DNA of 64,000 nt from positions 4,635,957 through 4,699,956 of the forward strand of contig CM082591.2 in assembly GCA_040954595.2 (NCBI GenBank), written 5' to 3'. The notes beneath the pieces are model-generated. The model searched no databases. It was not told where the DNA came from and saw only the letters and a program-made list of their open reading frames with translations. The position numbers and the translations under genes are program-made. Source of the stretch: Balanoglossus misakiensis. Taxonomy: Eukaryota > Animalia > Hemichordata. Shown here piece by piece: positions 49,561 to 64,000 of this stretch (position 1 is the first letter of the stretch; the number at the start of each line of letters is the position of its first letter).

Positions 49561-49758
49561 TTAAAGGTATACGGTCACCCATGGAAATTTAGCTACAGTT
49601 ACCATGGTAAACTTGAGATCTAGCCTATCACGGATTTTCAGTGGGTGGCAGACACGAAAAAAAGAGCACCACCATATGTTCTTTAGAAGCCTCAAATACG
49701 CCATTTCTGACATATATAGGTGTATGTAAATTGGAGATGATCGACTGTATACCTTTAA
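49561..49758. mobile_element. MITE with TTAA target site and AGGTATAC ends (Kolobok-like)
   Basis: TTAA-AGGTATAC...GTATACCT-TTAA; inverted copy at 55671. Confidence 0.8.
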
Positions 49759-52700
49759 GATAGACCCGTGTCAGTCTTGCACAAAGATGAGCAGTACTTA
49801 TAAGTTCTGCTTTGTGTTAACCTTGGAAGGATTAGTTAGTGCTGCAACTAAAGTTAGAGAATTTTTTTTTTCTAATATGTTTTAATTCATTGTATTTGAC
49901 AGCAGAAGAGTCACATTTAATGCAATCAGAAACATAGTCGAACAGAATTGAAACAAAATTAAAAATCATAAAGTTGATATTTTGATGTACAGACGAGATA
50001 GTAATTAATTCCGTGCTGTCAGAATGATGAAGCACCATGCATCGATTGATTGATCTGAGACAGATGAAATGTAGTCACATCACGACAAGTGGAATGTGAT
50101 ATTCTCCATACCTCATCATGCGCTGTGAAATAAATCCATCACACTTAGAATTTCTTGCATTGTTTTCCCGGCCAGAACGTGCGAAGAGAAGAGAACCCAA
50201 ACAAAAACGACTCATGAATAGCGAAATCGCCATAGATTTCGTCCTTTGAAAGCGTTTAGAGTCATAAAGTGCATTCTCCTCGTGCATATTGAGGATTTGA
50301 CAGGTTCCTATAGTTAATAATTGATCATATGGTCCACTGTATTATACATTATGATGAATGAGAGATGCCGACCGTGTACATTGTACAGGTACTCAATAGA
50401 ATATTCTCCTGAAGTCACTCACTCCATACAAAACACTGTCCTTTGCTTGTGTGGTTGTGATATGCGATTACCTGACTAGTGTTCCCCCTAATCCTGTATG
50501 ACATTGGTTAGAGGGCACACTGAACTTGACCTTCCGTATATTAAACCCACTAACCCTGAACTTCTCATCCATTTTGCAAAACTTACCGGTGACTCACGAA
50601 ACATTCGCAATAATAAAAAAAAAAATCGCTGAATTCTGCTTTATCAGGACTTCTGGGAAATTACAGAGTCTAATAACCGGTGATTACAAGTCTCTTTGTT
50701 GAGAGGTGCTACTTTTCCGAGAGTTTGCATTCAGAATAAAATCAGTATGCAAAGAACCGCTCGCATTGACAAATCTTTAGTGTACACCTTTAAAAGCAGT
50801 CAGTGCAATTAACTGATTCACCCACCACAGTCGCACAGAGACTGCATTAGCTTACTTTAAGTTCAGTCAGCATAGACTTTTTTCTCTCTCTCGAAAAGTG
50901 ATCGTCAGTTTAAGAAGAAAAAAAGAAATTTCAGATAAAAAGTACTCGGGGGGGAAACAAATTCTGGAGATAGGAGTACATCTGTTGCCCCAGGCAACCC
51001 GAGTGACAGATTACCGGGACTCCAGTCTTCGCTGTAAAACATCTTCATGGTGTAATGTCGACCCAACTTGGCAAGATATCGTTTTGACATTGCATTAATT
51101 TTTCAATATCTAATGTCCCCGAGTGCAAATAGCCAAATGTTATGTGTGATACACCAGCTGGGGTTATAAAGGAGAATGGAAGAAGAACAGAGATCATTTT
51201 TCAAGGTGCAAAATTGCTGTAGCTTAGTTACCTTTGAGATTTTTTAATTTAGAGTTATTTCTATGTACCAAATAATCAGTTATCAGTTTATGCCTGTTGA
51301 AATGACTAATTATATTAATGAGACATTGGGGATGTAGAGAAATATTTATGAACTCCTCATATACTGGTATATTAGAAGATAAAAAACGTTGTGATGGCAA
51401 CCCTACATGAGTACAATCAGAAACTGCAGCATTATATGTGTAGATGCCTGGTACGAAATTCTTTTCTCGAGAAGAAGACTGTCGAAGTTGCAGCTTTGAA
51501 AATATTCCAAGCGAATCTAAATTCAGATCATATCATCAGGTGTAGCCACCAATAGTTTAATCGACTTTCAATTTATCAGTGAACATTTGCTGCCGTAAAA
51601 TCTCCCCACATACGATGTAGGTGAAACAGAAATACGCCAGTTCATATTTCTCATTACCGTTCCCACCCCTGGGATAATTTTTCCAATAAACAATCAATTC
51701 TTCCGGGCAGCATCGAAATTTTCACTGGGAGGGTGTGTATTAGCTGATGTAATCACCCGGGGCCAGTTTTGACCTGAGAAACAAGTTTACTGTGAAATGA
51801 AATTGATTCCCCTAGGACTAAACACATGCAAGAATTCCTATAGTATTCTGATAAGATACACCTGTAAGAATGAATTCATATCCAGTCATTTGCATGTATT
51901 TTTTTTTTTTTTTTCATTGCAGTGTGTAAGTGAGTCTCATCTATTATATATGAAGACCCTTGTCCATGGATACATTAATTACCATATTCTGTGAATAACC
52001 CTGTATTAACTATTATTTATTGCTTCCTAAATATGAAGCTTTATGCTCTGGGAGCAGGTGTGTGTTTGGAGTTCGTAGCAGGGGGGCAAAGAGACTCCTG
52101 TCGGAGGGGGCATGCATACCTAGTCAGTTTAGTCTCAATATTTTATGGGAGCGATTCACTAAATGCTTCTTGATATTCCTGTATACCCAAATAAATGCAT
52201 TGACTCTTGCATTAATATTTTGACACGTAAACCTGTAATCCATCCGGGATGGCAAAGGTCCGGAATCAGAAGGAAGGGGGAATCGTAAATCACTGCGTTG
52301 GGAAATTCTTATATAAACACGGAGATGAACTCTGATTTCAGAAACGACTTGTCATGTTCGGTTGCGTCGGTCGTTAATGTCGAGCTGGTATCTGTGATCT
52401 GTGAGCTTCTCAGCAAATTGTTCTTTTTAAACCAGTCGTTGGTTTGTATTGATTTCCTGTCACGGGCAACCAACAGATGGGATTAGTCGCGGAAAATATG
52501 CTGAATTTTGAATTGCGTCGATTTAGCGGAACTTCCAAATACTTGTTAGAATGTAATACTGGGTACTTGAAAAGCGACTGTCAAGAGACTCTGTATACTA
52601 TAAGATGATAATGATAAATTAAGATGTCAAGCAGAAATGACATCTTCCGTGGTTAGATCTCCGGGATGAATCTGGCGTTTGATCCCGCTCGTAATCCGCA

Positions 52701-55670
52701 TCAAACCTGCGTGGCATCGCACCGGCATCTAGCCCAGGCACGCTACGTTTCAAAGCGAGCACAGTGGGTTGTGTTGGCTCGCACTGTATACCAATCTAGT
52801 CGTATAGAAACCGTGTCCATCCAGAACTTTGCTCAGATACTGGCTATTAGTTGATTGGTAACAGGGGCTTAGTGTAATGAGGTGATTTACGACAACTGCT
52901 TGGACGGGGACAATGACCGAGATGATCAGGACGGTTCTGCGCGGTTTGCTTCAGATTTGTCACTCCGTATTTGCGTTTAATATCCGTCCATTATATGAAT
53001 ATTCAGTAGAATTGTCAATCCAGTTGAATAGCTGCACGTACTGTATGGAAATAATAGCATTCATCATCCTTATTAAAAGATTCAATCATCACTCTGACTA
53101 TCTCCTACACGCCACTGCCAAGACAGGAAACAACCCAACTGTATATTATAAGATTTCTGTTTTGAAACGAAATTGCGCTGGGCCAATCAAATCGCGCCGT
53201 CAAGTTTATTGACAGTTTCATCGCGAGTGTGAATTAATATCTTCAGTGTATTATTAAGTACATGATGGAAAATCGCCACAATATCCTTTTGCGATGGGAT
53301 TAGAACCGGTTTTGCATATATTGATGCCTCGGGGGCAGCCGAGGGCGAGATCGTGTTTTGTTTTATTTCGAACGTACCGTAACCGACGGGTAGAATTCAT
53401 CTGTGAGTTCGACTGACAGGCGAGAGCGTCTCCAGGTACACATTTTCCGAACACGTCTGGGAGGCTTCGAGGAAAACGTGTCGGGAGGCATTGCTTAAAT
53501 TGCTTTGCAGTTTTCAGTCGCGCAGTTCCGAGTACGGGATCGAAAAATTATCGCCGCCAGCCGTGCCATTACCCACTACAGAAAATATTACACCACCGCG
53601 CAAACACGCCACCTTCTGAGTGTACTTCACATCAAATTGTTAATTTTTTTTTAGTTTCACTTTCGATGTTATTAAGGAGATGAAACCGCCAAGACCGACT
53701 GAATTGTTGGTCCCTAGTGTATATCACTCTCGTATACCCCATAGGCACGACAATACGGTGTAGTACGGTGACATCTTGAATAATACAGTGTAATACAGTG
53801 ATGTATTGGTGCAGATTGAATTAAAGGTACAAAGTGCAGAGACTGCATCTTTGCAGATTAAATTGAAAGTGAATGGCATTGCCTGCAATTTGCTGTCTTG
53901 TAAAATGTCGAATAGTCAGTTGACTTGCCTGTCTGGAAATGTAGATTATTTTTTTCAGGCATATTGTGGTATGAACACTTTTTGACTGTATAAATTCAAA
54001 TACTTGTAGTCAGGAAACTGCGTATCATTATCAACTGCTGGTCACAGAGTGCGGCGAAGTGGTCTAAAATGGTTGTAGCTTGCAACGGGCACATCCCAGT
54101 TGCCTGTTGATCGCTGATGGTTGTAATTCTTGTCTGTAGTACTTTCCAATTTCCATGCGGCAGGTGCAAACTAACAGACCGTTCATTCAGGGAAGATTTG
54201 GTCGATTGTCCCGATTTCTAACACGCCATTCAACTCCGAAGTCGTAAAAATCTTGGCAATATCTTTCCCCCGTGGATGAATATGTCCCGCAATGACCTTG
54301 GTTTTAACACTCCCTTTTTCCATCGCACCAACTGGGAATAATATCTGAATAGGATAGCCTCCTCAGGAGAGAGATTCGCACGAGAGTAATTCTAACGACC
54401 ATGTTTGAAATTCATGAAATTTTAATGATATGGTAATATTCGAGAAGGAACTGAAGATGAGCAGTCAGGATTAAGATGCTGTGTGAGTGTTTAGTATGCA
54501 AAGGAACAGCCAGTCAGTGAAATCTAATATGCCTGCCTGTGTGTGTGTGTGTATACATTGACCCGAACCTCAGCTGACCTTTCTACAGTGCACTCTCTAG
54601 ACTGAAAGATCTGAGCTGAATATCTGGTTAATATTCAGGAGTGTCTCCGGAGGGATTTGGGAAGATGGGCAACCCGGGATACAGAATGTTAATTTTTTGT
54701 CTCTCTCTCTCTCTCTCGTCGTCGGGTGTGGCGTCATCATTGCCAGCATCGCCATGGAAGTATAAGGAGATCTATCAGCTGGTTTTAGACACTTACTGAA
54801 TGACCTTTTACTTGCGTGGGCAGATCCAGCAGCAATCCACGTTCACACAGCAAGATTTTTTTTCCTTCTTCAGTCAGTCAGTCAGTGTCACTTGGGTGTG
54901 TTGTGTGCAGTCAGCATTGGCTCAGTCGTTCTGAATTCGTTAACCAGACGTTCCCGTCTCACTTTTTTCCCATATGGACGTTGTACTTGGTAATGCTCTG
55001 TACAGGGTTAATAGGACACACTCTGCGGTTTGGAATCGGTATTGAGGCCATTTCGAAAATAGGTTATTCACTGTTCGCCCTTGAGGTACACTATATATGA
55101 TGTACCGGTACATACATCATGAAGATCCAGAGAACTTCTACTGAACACAGGTAAATGGCAGTTTCTCTTTTCATTTTTTCGAAAACCAGCAGATATTTTA
55201 ATACCACGTTCAACAATATTTCATCCTGGGCGTCTGAAAATTTTTTGACATTGATAGTGTCAGTGAGGCAAACTATTTTTTTCTGAAATAGCTCAGACAG
55301 TGACTGACAGACAGACTTGAAGTGTACAGTAGGATTAGAATTTCACGGTGAAATTCTCACAGGGATTTGTCAGTTCTGGAAGATATATACATGATATGTC
55401 TGTCAGTTGTGGGCGATTACTTTGACATTGATATTGGCGATGCATAATTCAGAGCAACTGTTCCCTTGCAAATTTGATGAACCAGTTTCAGAGTATATAT
55501 AACAGCTGTGGGTGTACTTTTACAAGTATATCTGCCTGACACACTTTTGTGTACTTAGTTTATATATACTGAACTCTATAAACCAAATAGCACAGTAAAT
55601 GACAAAACCACTTTTGATATGTGTACGTGCGTCCAAGACTTTGCTGACATCACAGCTCTGTCTGTCTGTC

Positions 55671-55849
55671 TTAAAGGTATACAGTCACCTCCAATTTACA
55701 TACACCCATATATGTCAGAAATTTGAGTGTTCTAAAGAACATACAGTGGCGCTCTTTTTTTTCCTGTGTGCCACCCACTGAAAATCTATGATTGGCTAGA
55801 TCTCAAGTTACCATGGTAACTATTTGCATAGGTGACCGTATACCTTTAA
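55671..55849. mobile_element. Inverted copy of the TTAA/AGGTATAC MITE
   Basis: Reverse-complement similarity to 49561-49758 along its length (e.g. tgccacccactgaaaatc, ggctagatctcaagtt), same termini. Confidence 0.8.
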
Positions 55850-57281
55850 AGTGGCTTTGAATCTTTTCCCTGTGTTGTGTAAGTATCTTCGAATTTGCTT
55901 TACCGGCGAGTTTGCGTGCCTCGAAGGAAAACTCTGTAATTGAATTCGCAATATAATCGGGTAATACACTTAATGAACATGGCCGAGGGCTTTTCAGAAA
56001 GTACAGCATCAACTGGCCAGACATCTTGATGTCTCAAGGACAAAGCCTGTGGTTTTATTTACATTTAAACATTGGCACATGATATATTAGATTTCTGCAT
56101 TAAGCAAGATTGAGAACTGTGTATGTATACATCAAATTGCAAAGAAATTAGTTGAACTGTCAATTTCAAATAATAATGATAGATATGGCTGTACATAAAG
56201 AATTATTTTCGTAAAGGAAAATATTGCAATTTTGATCATTGAATTTAACCACTTATGAAGTAGATAGGTGTGACAGACATACAGTCCTACCAATTATATA
56301 CTTTAATGATGCTAATAGCATGCTGTGTTTAAAAAAATGAAAAGCAATGAACCGAGACATTTTAATATTGATACAGAAGTTGTAATATAGATAGTCTGTG
56401 AAAAAGTCGTTGGAGTACTGCTCGACAATTTTGCGAAACAGACCTGTATCTTTCTCAATTCACAAGAAATCTCAAAAGTCTGTATGATCGGAAAACCGTG
56501 ACGAGTGATAAACGAGAAATTTCCTGTCTGGAAAGAACTGAATCCTGGGCATTTTCTTATGAATGATGGGGAGCTATAGATTTTTTCCTGCTGCCAAGGG
56601 ACTCGAGCGACCTTTGACCTTCCCACAATGCAGTGTCAAATCTCAGTTGGAAGTTGAGCTGACATAGATGTATGTGTGCATGTACCAGATGAATCGTCAT
56701 GTTGTTTGCCGAGATAATTTGAATATGGACTTCACATTAAAATATCCAGTCACAATCCGGATTTATATAAAATCAATTTTTAAAATTCCCACACACAGTT
56801 TTTATTCATGCGTTGGCCGAGAGCTGATGCAAGGAACTGATAGAGTGAGGAAGGAAAAATCAAACCACGGTCTCTCGTTTCCTGTTGTATGTTTTATTCG
56901 ATGTTTTAACTCAGGATTAGTTTACACAGTCTATTCTTAGCAAGGTCAGCGGCAGTGCAATTATTTACTCGTACGTGGAACCTGTAGCTATTAATTTATG
57001 TCTTTTAATGGCGCCACCAGAGTTCACGCATACAATTTACATCCATATGCATGTGACCATTGAAGGTGATATAGTTACATATGCAAATTTAGCCACAGTT
57101 AACATGATACATTGGGATCAATGTAGTCAATGAGAGATTTTCATGGCCTGGCCTGATACTAAAAAGTGTGTGTATGAAAAATCACTAGAAGTTGAGAAAA
57201 CATCCTTGTGGAATTGTAACCTATAGTACTGCAGACTTCGGTTTGCATTTTGCCCACCTTTCGGGTTAAACCAGCAACACT

Positions 57282-57374
57282 TTAACCCTTTCACCACCAT
57301 GGTTTGGTCCAAACCCATTGTTTTCTATGGTAAGGTTGGACCTGTAAAGAAGAAACTGGGGGTGAAAGGGTTAA
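57282..57374. mobile_element. 85-bp MITE, TTAA target site, CCC..GGG ends (piggyBac-like); best-preserved of five copies
   Basis: TTAA-CCCTTTCACC...GGTGAAAGGG-TTAA. Confidence 0.85.
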
Positions 57375-57761
57375 TCTGGGGACATAACAAGTTTTCATCG
57401 AAGAACAAGACAGTATACGCGGGATATAATACATTCAGCCATTTTGGGTGTGTAGTCACCACATTTAGTGGTTAAGGGGAGGGGGTTGATTTTCAACAAG
57501 ATACACAGCCTATTGACCGAGTCAAACGAGATCGCCTTAAACACCTTTCTGTGACCTCAGCCAATTCACTCTCACTCCTGTCTGGGTGAATTCATCAAAG
57601 CCTCGAAATCAATTAAAGTCCCGTATTACTTATATTGTCTTGGGAATGTCTTAGGTAAGATGGAGTTACACCCACATTAGGCGAAGATGGATGACTATGT
57701 CAGATTGCGTCCCTTGTGCTTGGATTGTATTGATGGTGTCAGTTGTAATGTTTTAATTGCT

Positions 57762-57872
57762 TAGGACAGTCACCCCTGGACGTTTACCCTGCTCGACGCT
57801 TGAACTAACCTTGCCCCCAATTGGTGGGTTGGAAACGTCCAGGTGGTGTATATTCAGGGGGTAACCGTCCTA
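57762..57872. mobile_element. Short TA-flanked inverted-repeat element (GGACAGTCACCCCTG..CAGGGGGTAACCGTCC)
   Basis: Imperfect TIRs; related termini at 62267-62357. Confidence 0.5.
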
Positions 57873-58294
57873 GTAATACCAAAATTCATTCTGTTTTTTA
57901 AAAACAGTTACTACTAATGGAACTTTAAAGAGCATTTTAAATATCTGGCAGATATCACCCATTGTGTACAGATAATTAAAAATCAAGCCAAAATTACAAT
58001 TTACATGATAAAAAGCTATCTGTAATGTAAAATAATAATGATTGACCTGATATAATTATAAAAATTTCCGTATGATGATTTCATATCACCGCAGGCTTTG
58101 GCTGTATACAGATTATAATATCATGATAAATTGGCATATGCTTCAGTTGTTCGTTCAGTTTTTGATGGATGATTTTTCGTACTCTCACTAGATTGTCATA
58201 ATTTGATTAAAGGGTGGAGATATTAACTAGAAACGTGCATCTTCAATTTAAATGTAACCGTGCATATGTTACCGTATAGGATTAATTTTGACCT

Positions 58295-58740
58295 GGCAGT
58301 GTCCAATGTGATGTGTTCCAACCTGTTCCCTTAGTACCATAGTAGATGGGTTTGATGGTGTGTTTGAATGTAACAGTCAGATAGAGTGACTGTGCTAAGC
58401 AAGGCATTGTCCAATATGATGTATTCCAACATGTGTCTCATACTGCCATAGTAGATGGCTTTGATAATGTATGTGCATGTAGCAGTCAGATAGTGGAATG
58501 ACAGTGTTAAGCAAGGCAGTGTCCAATGTGATGTGTTCCAACCTGTTTCCATAATGTCTCATTGTAGATGGGTTTGATGGTGTCTATGAATGTAACAGTC
58601 AGATGGATTGACTGTGTTAGGCAAGGCAGTATCCAATGTGATGTATTCTAATCTGTTCCCATATAGTGTCTCATATAGTAGATGGCTTGGATGATGTGTA
58701 TGGATATAACATTCAGATGCAGTGACAGTGTTAAAGCAAG
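58295..58740. repeat. Minisatellite, 4 diverged units of about 110 bp
   Basis: Unit ggca(g/t)tgtccaat.tgatgt.ttccaac...gtagatgg.tttgat..tgt...cagtcagat...tgac.gtg.taagcaa starting at 58295, 58403, 58515, 58625. Confidence 0.9.
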
Positions 58741-61161
58741 ATCTACCGTTCATGGAACTGATAAATGTGCATTTGCTTTATTGAAGCACTTATAGTCAAG
58801 GAAAATATGGTACATGATTAGAAGAGCGTTTCTCAACCACAACTGTCTGACTGATGAAAATCCATTATGCAGTTTTGTTTAATTGTTGATGTGATACAAT
58901 AAATGCATGACAAACTATATATGTGCTAGATGTCACTATCCTAGAATTAATATTTGTTCATTGGAAACATGTATTGGTTAGTGCAAACAAATACAAGCAA
59001 ATGGGCTGGTACACTTGTACAGGAATACAGGGGTCAGTCTGAATAAAATATTCGTAACTGGTGCATGCTGGGATAGTGCTGTGAGCGTGAAGATGGCTGT
59101 TACGATAGTCGTTTCTGCAGGTTGCGTTTGTGACTTAATGAATCCCAAACAGGGTGCCGCGAATTCCTCTTACGTCACGATAGTTTCATTTCCGTTTGGG
59201 ACACAATATTTTTCTCCCCAGTGATTCTAAAAATTCCGTGGTTCAGGATGTGGAGTCGGTCGTAGAGCTTCCGACGGATTCTGCACCAAATTGATCGGAA
59301 AGGCAACATTTTTGTGCCGTCTGTGGTTGGTCTACTTCCATACATGTACATGCGAGACCATCTTGCAAATGGAAAATAACCAGTTTTGAACACTAGGGAG
59401 CAAATCATATGAAAGGCACACAGATAATACGATGGCTTTAAAATTTATTAGGAAACGGTGTGAAGTGCAAATGAAATAGGCTAAGGTAGATCTGTATGCT
59501 GAATACAGAATCATCTCATTCACGCTTGCTTGAGTTAGAATTTCCTCTGGAAAAAAAAAATCAATAGCCTGGATGATACGCCTGTCCTTTTATGGGTATT
59601 TATTTGCTTAGGATCTTTGTAAAGTAAATATATTGATAGTGGACTTTATAGGTCGGTTGGGTTTATTGGTGAAGGCTGTCTGAATTTCCAATTGGATAAG
59701 GTGTGAAGTGATTTCGCTGGGGAGAGGGAATGAGTAGGAAAACTGTTCACTGCTAATTTTTATTGCTGTACTGTATCTAATAATACCCACACACAAGGAA
59801 ATCGGCAGTGTTCTTGATTGCATTGAATTTCAATGTTCCTCCAGCTAGTGTCTAAATAACCATACAGTGTGTACAGGGTAGAGTCTTGACGATTTCTGTT
59901 GATCGTTTTTGAGATTTAATCAACTGGTGGTTTTTTTTTCGGTTGTCAGGGTTATCGTAAGAATTCACATGCTCATTGGCACCATGATTTCGCTTCTGAA
60001 CAATTTTAGATTTTCTGTTGGAGTCATGGGTCCCAGATATGCTTGCGGCAGTCTGTCTGAAACATCAGCCAATCAGTGACAGTGTAGCAGATGGAAACTT
60101 GAACCACAAAGCAAACAAGACGAGTCCCCTGATTGGTTGCCATTTGCTGTACCATCTGAAAAGCAAACACTTTGTAAGAAATACAGACCTCTGCATATAT
60201 ACATTTAATTTTGGAGTCCATGTTCAGATGTAATAAAATATAGTGTTTACTTTGATTAGCCTGCGAAATTTTATCAAATATATATTGATATAAAAATAAG
60301 AATGATGACTTCACTAAACTGGCTGTGACCTCTGCATTGTGGCTATAACAAAATACTTTGTGAAATAATGAGTAAATGAGTTACGTTCGCACCTGAGCAA
60401 CAGTAAGGTGAGAACATTTACGGGGTTGATAAATTAGGTAGTATTTCACACCAAGATTTTTAAATTAGATAGTATTTTATAAAGTACACACAAGGTGAGA
60501 AACTTTCAAAACAGTGGCTCACTGACATCAGAGAACATGGTACTAATGTAGTGATTAGATGATTAATTTCATAGGGAAGGTTATTTCATCTCTGTCTGTG
60601 TTCATAAATTGTCGCATTGAAATCGTAATAAGGCTTTCATTAATAAGTAAGGGCTGCCATCAGTAAATTTCCTTGTCAGAACTTGCGAACCAAGAGATGA
60701 CTCGCTCTTGTTTAAAAATAGGTACGGTCTTACAGTCTTCCAGCCAGGATGACATCAACAGAGAGGGTGGTCCCCCTTTGTGAGAATTTTTGCTGTTAAA
60801 TTAAAATTGAAATAAATTATTAAATAACACATCAAGTGTGGACAGTTTCATGATTCACAACATGCCCTAAAGGGATGGTGTTCCTGACCCTGTTATTAAT
60901 ATATTATAGGCATCACAGTAAATTTTCACCCAAGGTCATCTAAAAATCGTGATATTGCTTAATCTATTGCTGAATATTAATGAATTATACCTGTATTAAA
61001 TTTATTAATTGCTCCAACTGTCTGGCAATAGTTTGAAGTCTATGCAGTGTGTAATCAGGTGATGGTACACATTGAAATCGCACATACCGTAGTTTTAATT
61101 GAAGTTTGCAATCTCACAATTCACAGTTTGTTGATTATCGATGTTATATGATTGTGTATTA

Positions 61162-61195
61162 TATTGTATTGTATTGTATTGTATTGTATTGTATT
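61162..61195. repeat. (TATTG)n microsatellite
   Basis: About 6-7 tandem units. Confidence 0.9.
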
Positions 61196-62266
61196 CAGTA
61201 TTGTAATACAAGATACAGTACTGTATACCATTTGCAATGACACCTTTATATCAATCCATCTATGTTATTCAGTGGTTCTTATCAGGGAGATACTGTAGAA
61301 ACCTTTCTGAATTCACTGGTGCACACTTTACCAAAATGTACACTTCAAAATTCTAATACTCAATATGAATCTGTGTGAACTGACAGCTGACAGCTCAGCT
61401 ACCACGGGAGAGTGAACAGCCACCGTTTACAGACCACTTAGGGTACGAAAAGTTTCTTCACATTTCACCTTGTTGTGTGCGAGGTACTGAAAGACATGTG
61501 TCATTTTTTGACATGATCAGTTCATGACAGCCCCAGTGCTTAATCAGGTGTGCCGTGAAATACTGATGCCGCGATATTATTCAGTACGCACACATCAATT
61601 ATTACGCGATTATTACGATCGGTCAAGCGTCATTTGTCTTCTGTGTGTTATCAGGTGTTCTGTGAGATAACGATTATCTCATACTTAATGTTCAATTATT
61701 CCTGGCTAATGAGGACCGGGGTCAGCTTGTTACTTGGCTCTCAGGTGTTTCTAAAAAAGATTACGGTATAACTGCGTACTTGGGGCGTAATCGTCTCATG
61801 TATCATATTGCGATAATTTTAAAAGAGTTTGGTGGAGCTTGGTGAAATAATCAAGGAATCTGTGGCTATTAGGATGGACATGTACTTTGAGGATGTTGAA
61901 TTTGTCTCTTCCTTATTGGATTACATTGGGAATTGCTACAAAGCCACTTTCTTGTATCGCCAATTTCTTGCAGTTTTGCACACAGCTCGTACTTACGAAA
62001 GAAATTAAATTCAGTGATACCGATAGCACTGTCGAAGGAGAACTTCATAACAATAACATAGTATGATTATTTTTGTGTTATTATTTTATCATTCATTAAA
62101 TTACTAGGATGACCAAATTGTGACTTGGTAAAATATGGCAGTGGGGTAAATGTAGGCAGGCTAGATAATACTGCCCTCTATCGCACCAAGTCTGGCATTG
62201 CTTGTTGTATCACTGGCGTTGTTACGTATTACGTAATGGTACACAGTGTTGGTGGTGTCACTGTAT

Positions 62267-62357
62267 TAGGGCAGTCACCCCCTGGGCATTTTGCACCATC
62301 CCAGTAACAGGATTACATGTGTAGGTGTGGGGGTTGGTCCAGGGGGGAACTGTCCTA
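62267..62357. mobile_element. Second member of the GGACAGT/CCCCTGG inverted-repeat family
   Basis: tagggcagtcaccccctgg...ccaggggggaactgtccta. Confidence 0.5.
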
Positions 62358-64000
62358 TATAACCGATGTTGCTATTGTAGTTGAACTTCTTTCCCTGTGT
62401 TTGCTCAGCAATTGTATCAATCCATTGTACTTGACAGTCCATTACTTTGCTACATGTACTTCTGGCAGTAAAATCAAATATTTGCATTTTAATGGTTAAT
62501 TGTGAGTGCAGCTGTGCTTTCCCCAGTCGTTCCCGGCCGTGGCATTTGCTGTGAATTATATATTTTAAACCGTTTTTATTTTCGACCATGATTGTTGGGT
62601 TGGTCAGTTCACATTATAACAAACAGCTGTGCGATGGGGAAATATCTCCACGGAAGTTTCGGAAGTAGGGACCGTTTATTGTACGGATTCAACATTTACA
62701 CGGAATTGCCCGGGCTTCCAGCGGGGAGAAGTGAACGGGCTGATAAATATTTGAAACTCTTCCCGGAAGAGATTTTCCCCAGGTGATGAATGCATCATTA
62801 ATAACGCAAAGGCAGGTGTGGTAAGGAGAAGACTCCTATTCAAGGAAGATTTTAAGGATGTACATAAATGTAATATATATGCACACTACCCATCTCGTGG
62901 AATTTGTCTGATGAGAACATGTCTAGCAAATTGAACTCAGCTGCGAAGATCTGTTGTAGTGAGGATTTCTTCAGCGCAAAATTCATGTCTGTTTTTATTT
63001 GTCCGTAAACACACACCTGTTCACGTGCATTCACATGCAAAGTTATTCACTGTTGTCATTCCCTTGCATTCATTCCTGAAGACAATAGAATGTTTTACTG
63101 TTCCGCGTCCAAGTAAATCTCTGCAGTTAATCTTTTCAGCATTATGTGAAATATATTTGGTGAGAGACTCTCTACTACATGTGTAGGTGCAGTTATTATC
63201 GATCACTAATTCATGATGTACTTACTGGCCCGAGAGATTCCTAATTGAAACCAAATCTAAATTACTTGCTTCGAAATTCTGTTTTTGTCAGAAAATGGAT
63301 GTACAGTTGTCACAGAGGTGTCCAAAAGTGGGGTGTAAAACACCAATTTTTCTGAGATAGAGGTCTAAGATGCTATATTAGTTCCTCACAACTATCATAG
63401 AATGGAATGTCTTTTCAAGATTAATACCAGCATGGTATTTTAATATGTATAAAGGCCATTTAGCTAGTTGCATTGTACAGTGACTTAATTGGGTGACTAG
63501 TTTTAAATGATAGGAATTGTTGGTAATCAGAGCGTAGTTCCACAGGCTGGGTTTGACCTTTGGCAAGTCCAGTCTCTTGTGGATGTGAAATCATGACATT
63601 AGTGATGTCTCCCTCTACATAGCAACACCCCAACTGTACTACATGTACTGCACTGGTTGAATGGAGTTTGTGGCCAGGCCTGTCCAGCTTTCTAAACCCC
63701 TGTTTTCAGTGAAGATTATACAACAAAGAAAACATCTCTTCCAGCTGAATGACCGCCATGAAACAATAAGAGAAACATGCCACGTAGTACCCATTTCTTT
63801 CAGTGGCGTGGTTCACTCCTATTGTTTTGTATGTTGGATCATCCCAAGTCAACAAATCATAGCGGGGCGGGGGCCGATCCAGGCTCAGAAATGTCCCGTT
63901 TGCTCCTAAAGTAAGCCTACCCCTAAATTGTACCAGCCAGCTGATAAAGACTAAATCTATTTCTGTCGTTTGTAGAAAGTAACTGTCTGGCAGCATAGAT

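Noticed and set aside
58295-58740. Repeat array considered as a CRISPR or coding repeat
   Set aside because: Eukaryotic context; contiguous diverged units without unique spacers; no sustained ORF.

Overview
Eukaryotic, intron-containing, AT-rich metazoan DNA; gene families and repeat style suggest an invertebrate deuterostome (inference only). From left to right: an intronless TRIM-NHL E3 ligase (+, 822-3017), probably one unit of a tandem array; a large ankyrin-repeat gene (-, 17024-4500) with one 3.9-kb exon, two candidate first exons and a transmembrane cassette exon; a cluster of three DRAM/TMEM150 (Frag1/DRAM/Sfk1 family) genes (20340-31897); ETFRF1/LYRM5 (-, 37262-36589); then about 26 kb of non-coding sequence with MITEs, satellites and possible 5' exons of a large + strand gene. 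Main observation: all three DRAM paralogues carry a U12 (minor-spliceosome) intron at the same position, and two have duplicated exons on opposite sides of it. Gene 3 has two U12 donors for one acceptor, giving mutually exclusive exons 5a/5b separated by a hybrid U12/U2 intron. Gene 2 has one U12 donor and two alternative pairs of terminal exons. This predicts five membrane proteins from three genes, selected at a minor intron. All exon models were read by hand from splice signals and reading frame, without transcript evidence.
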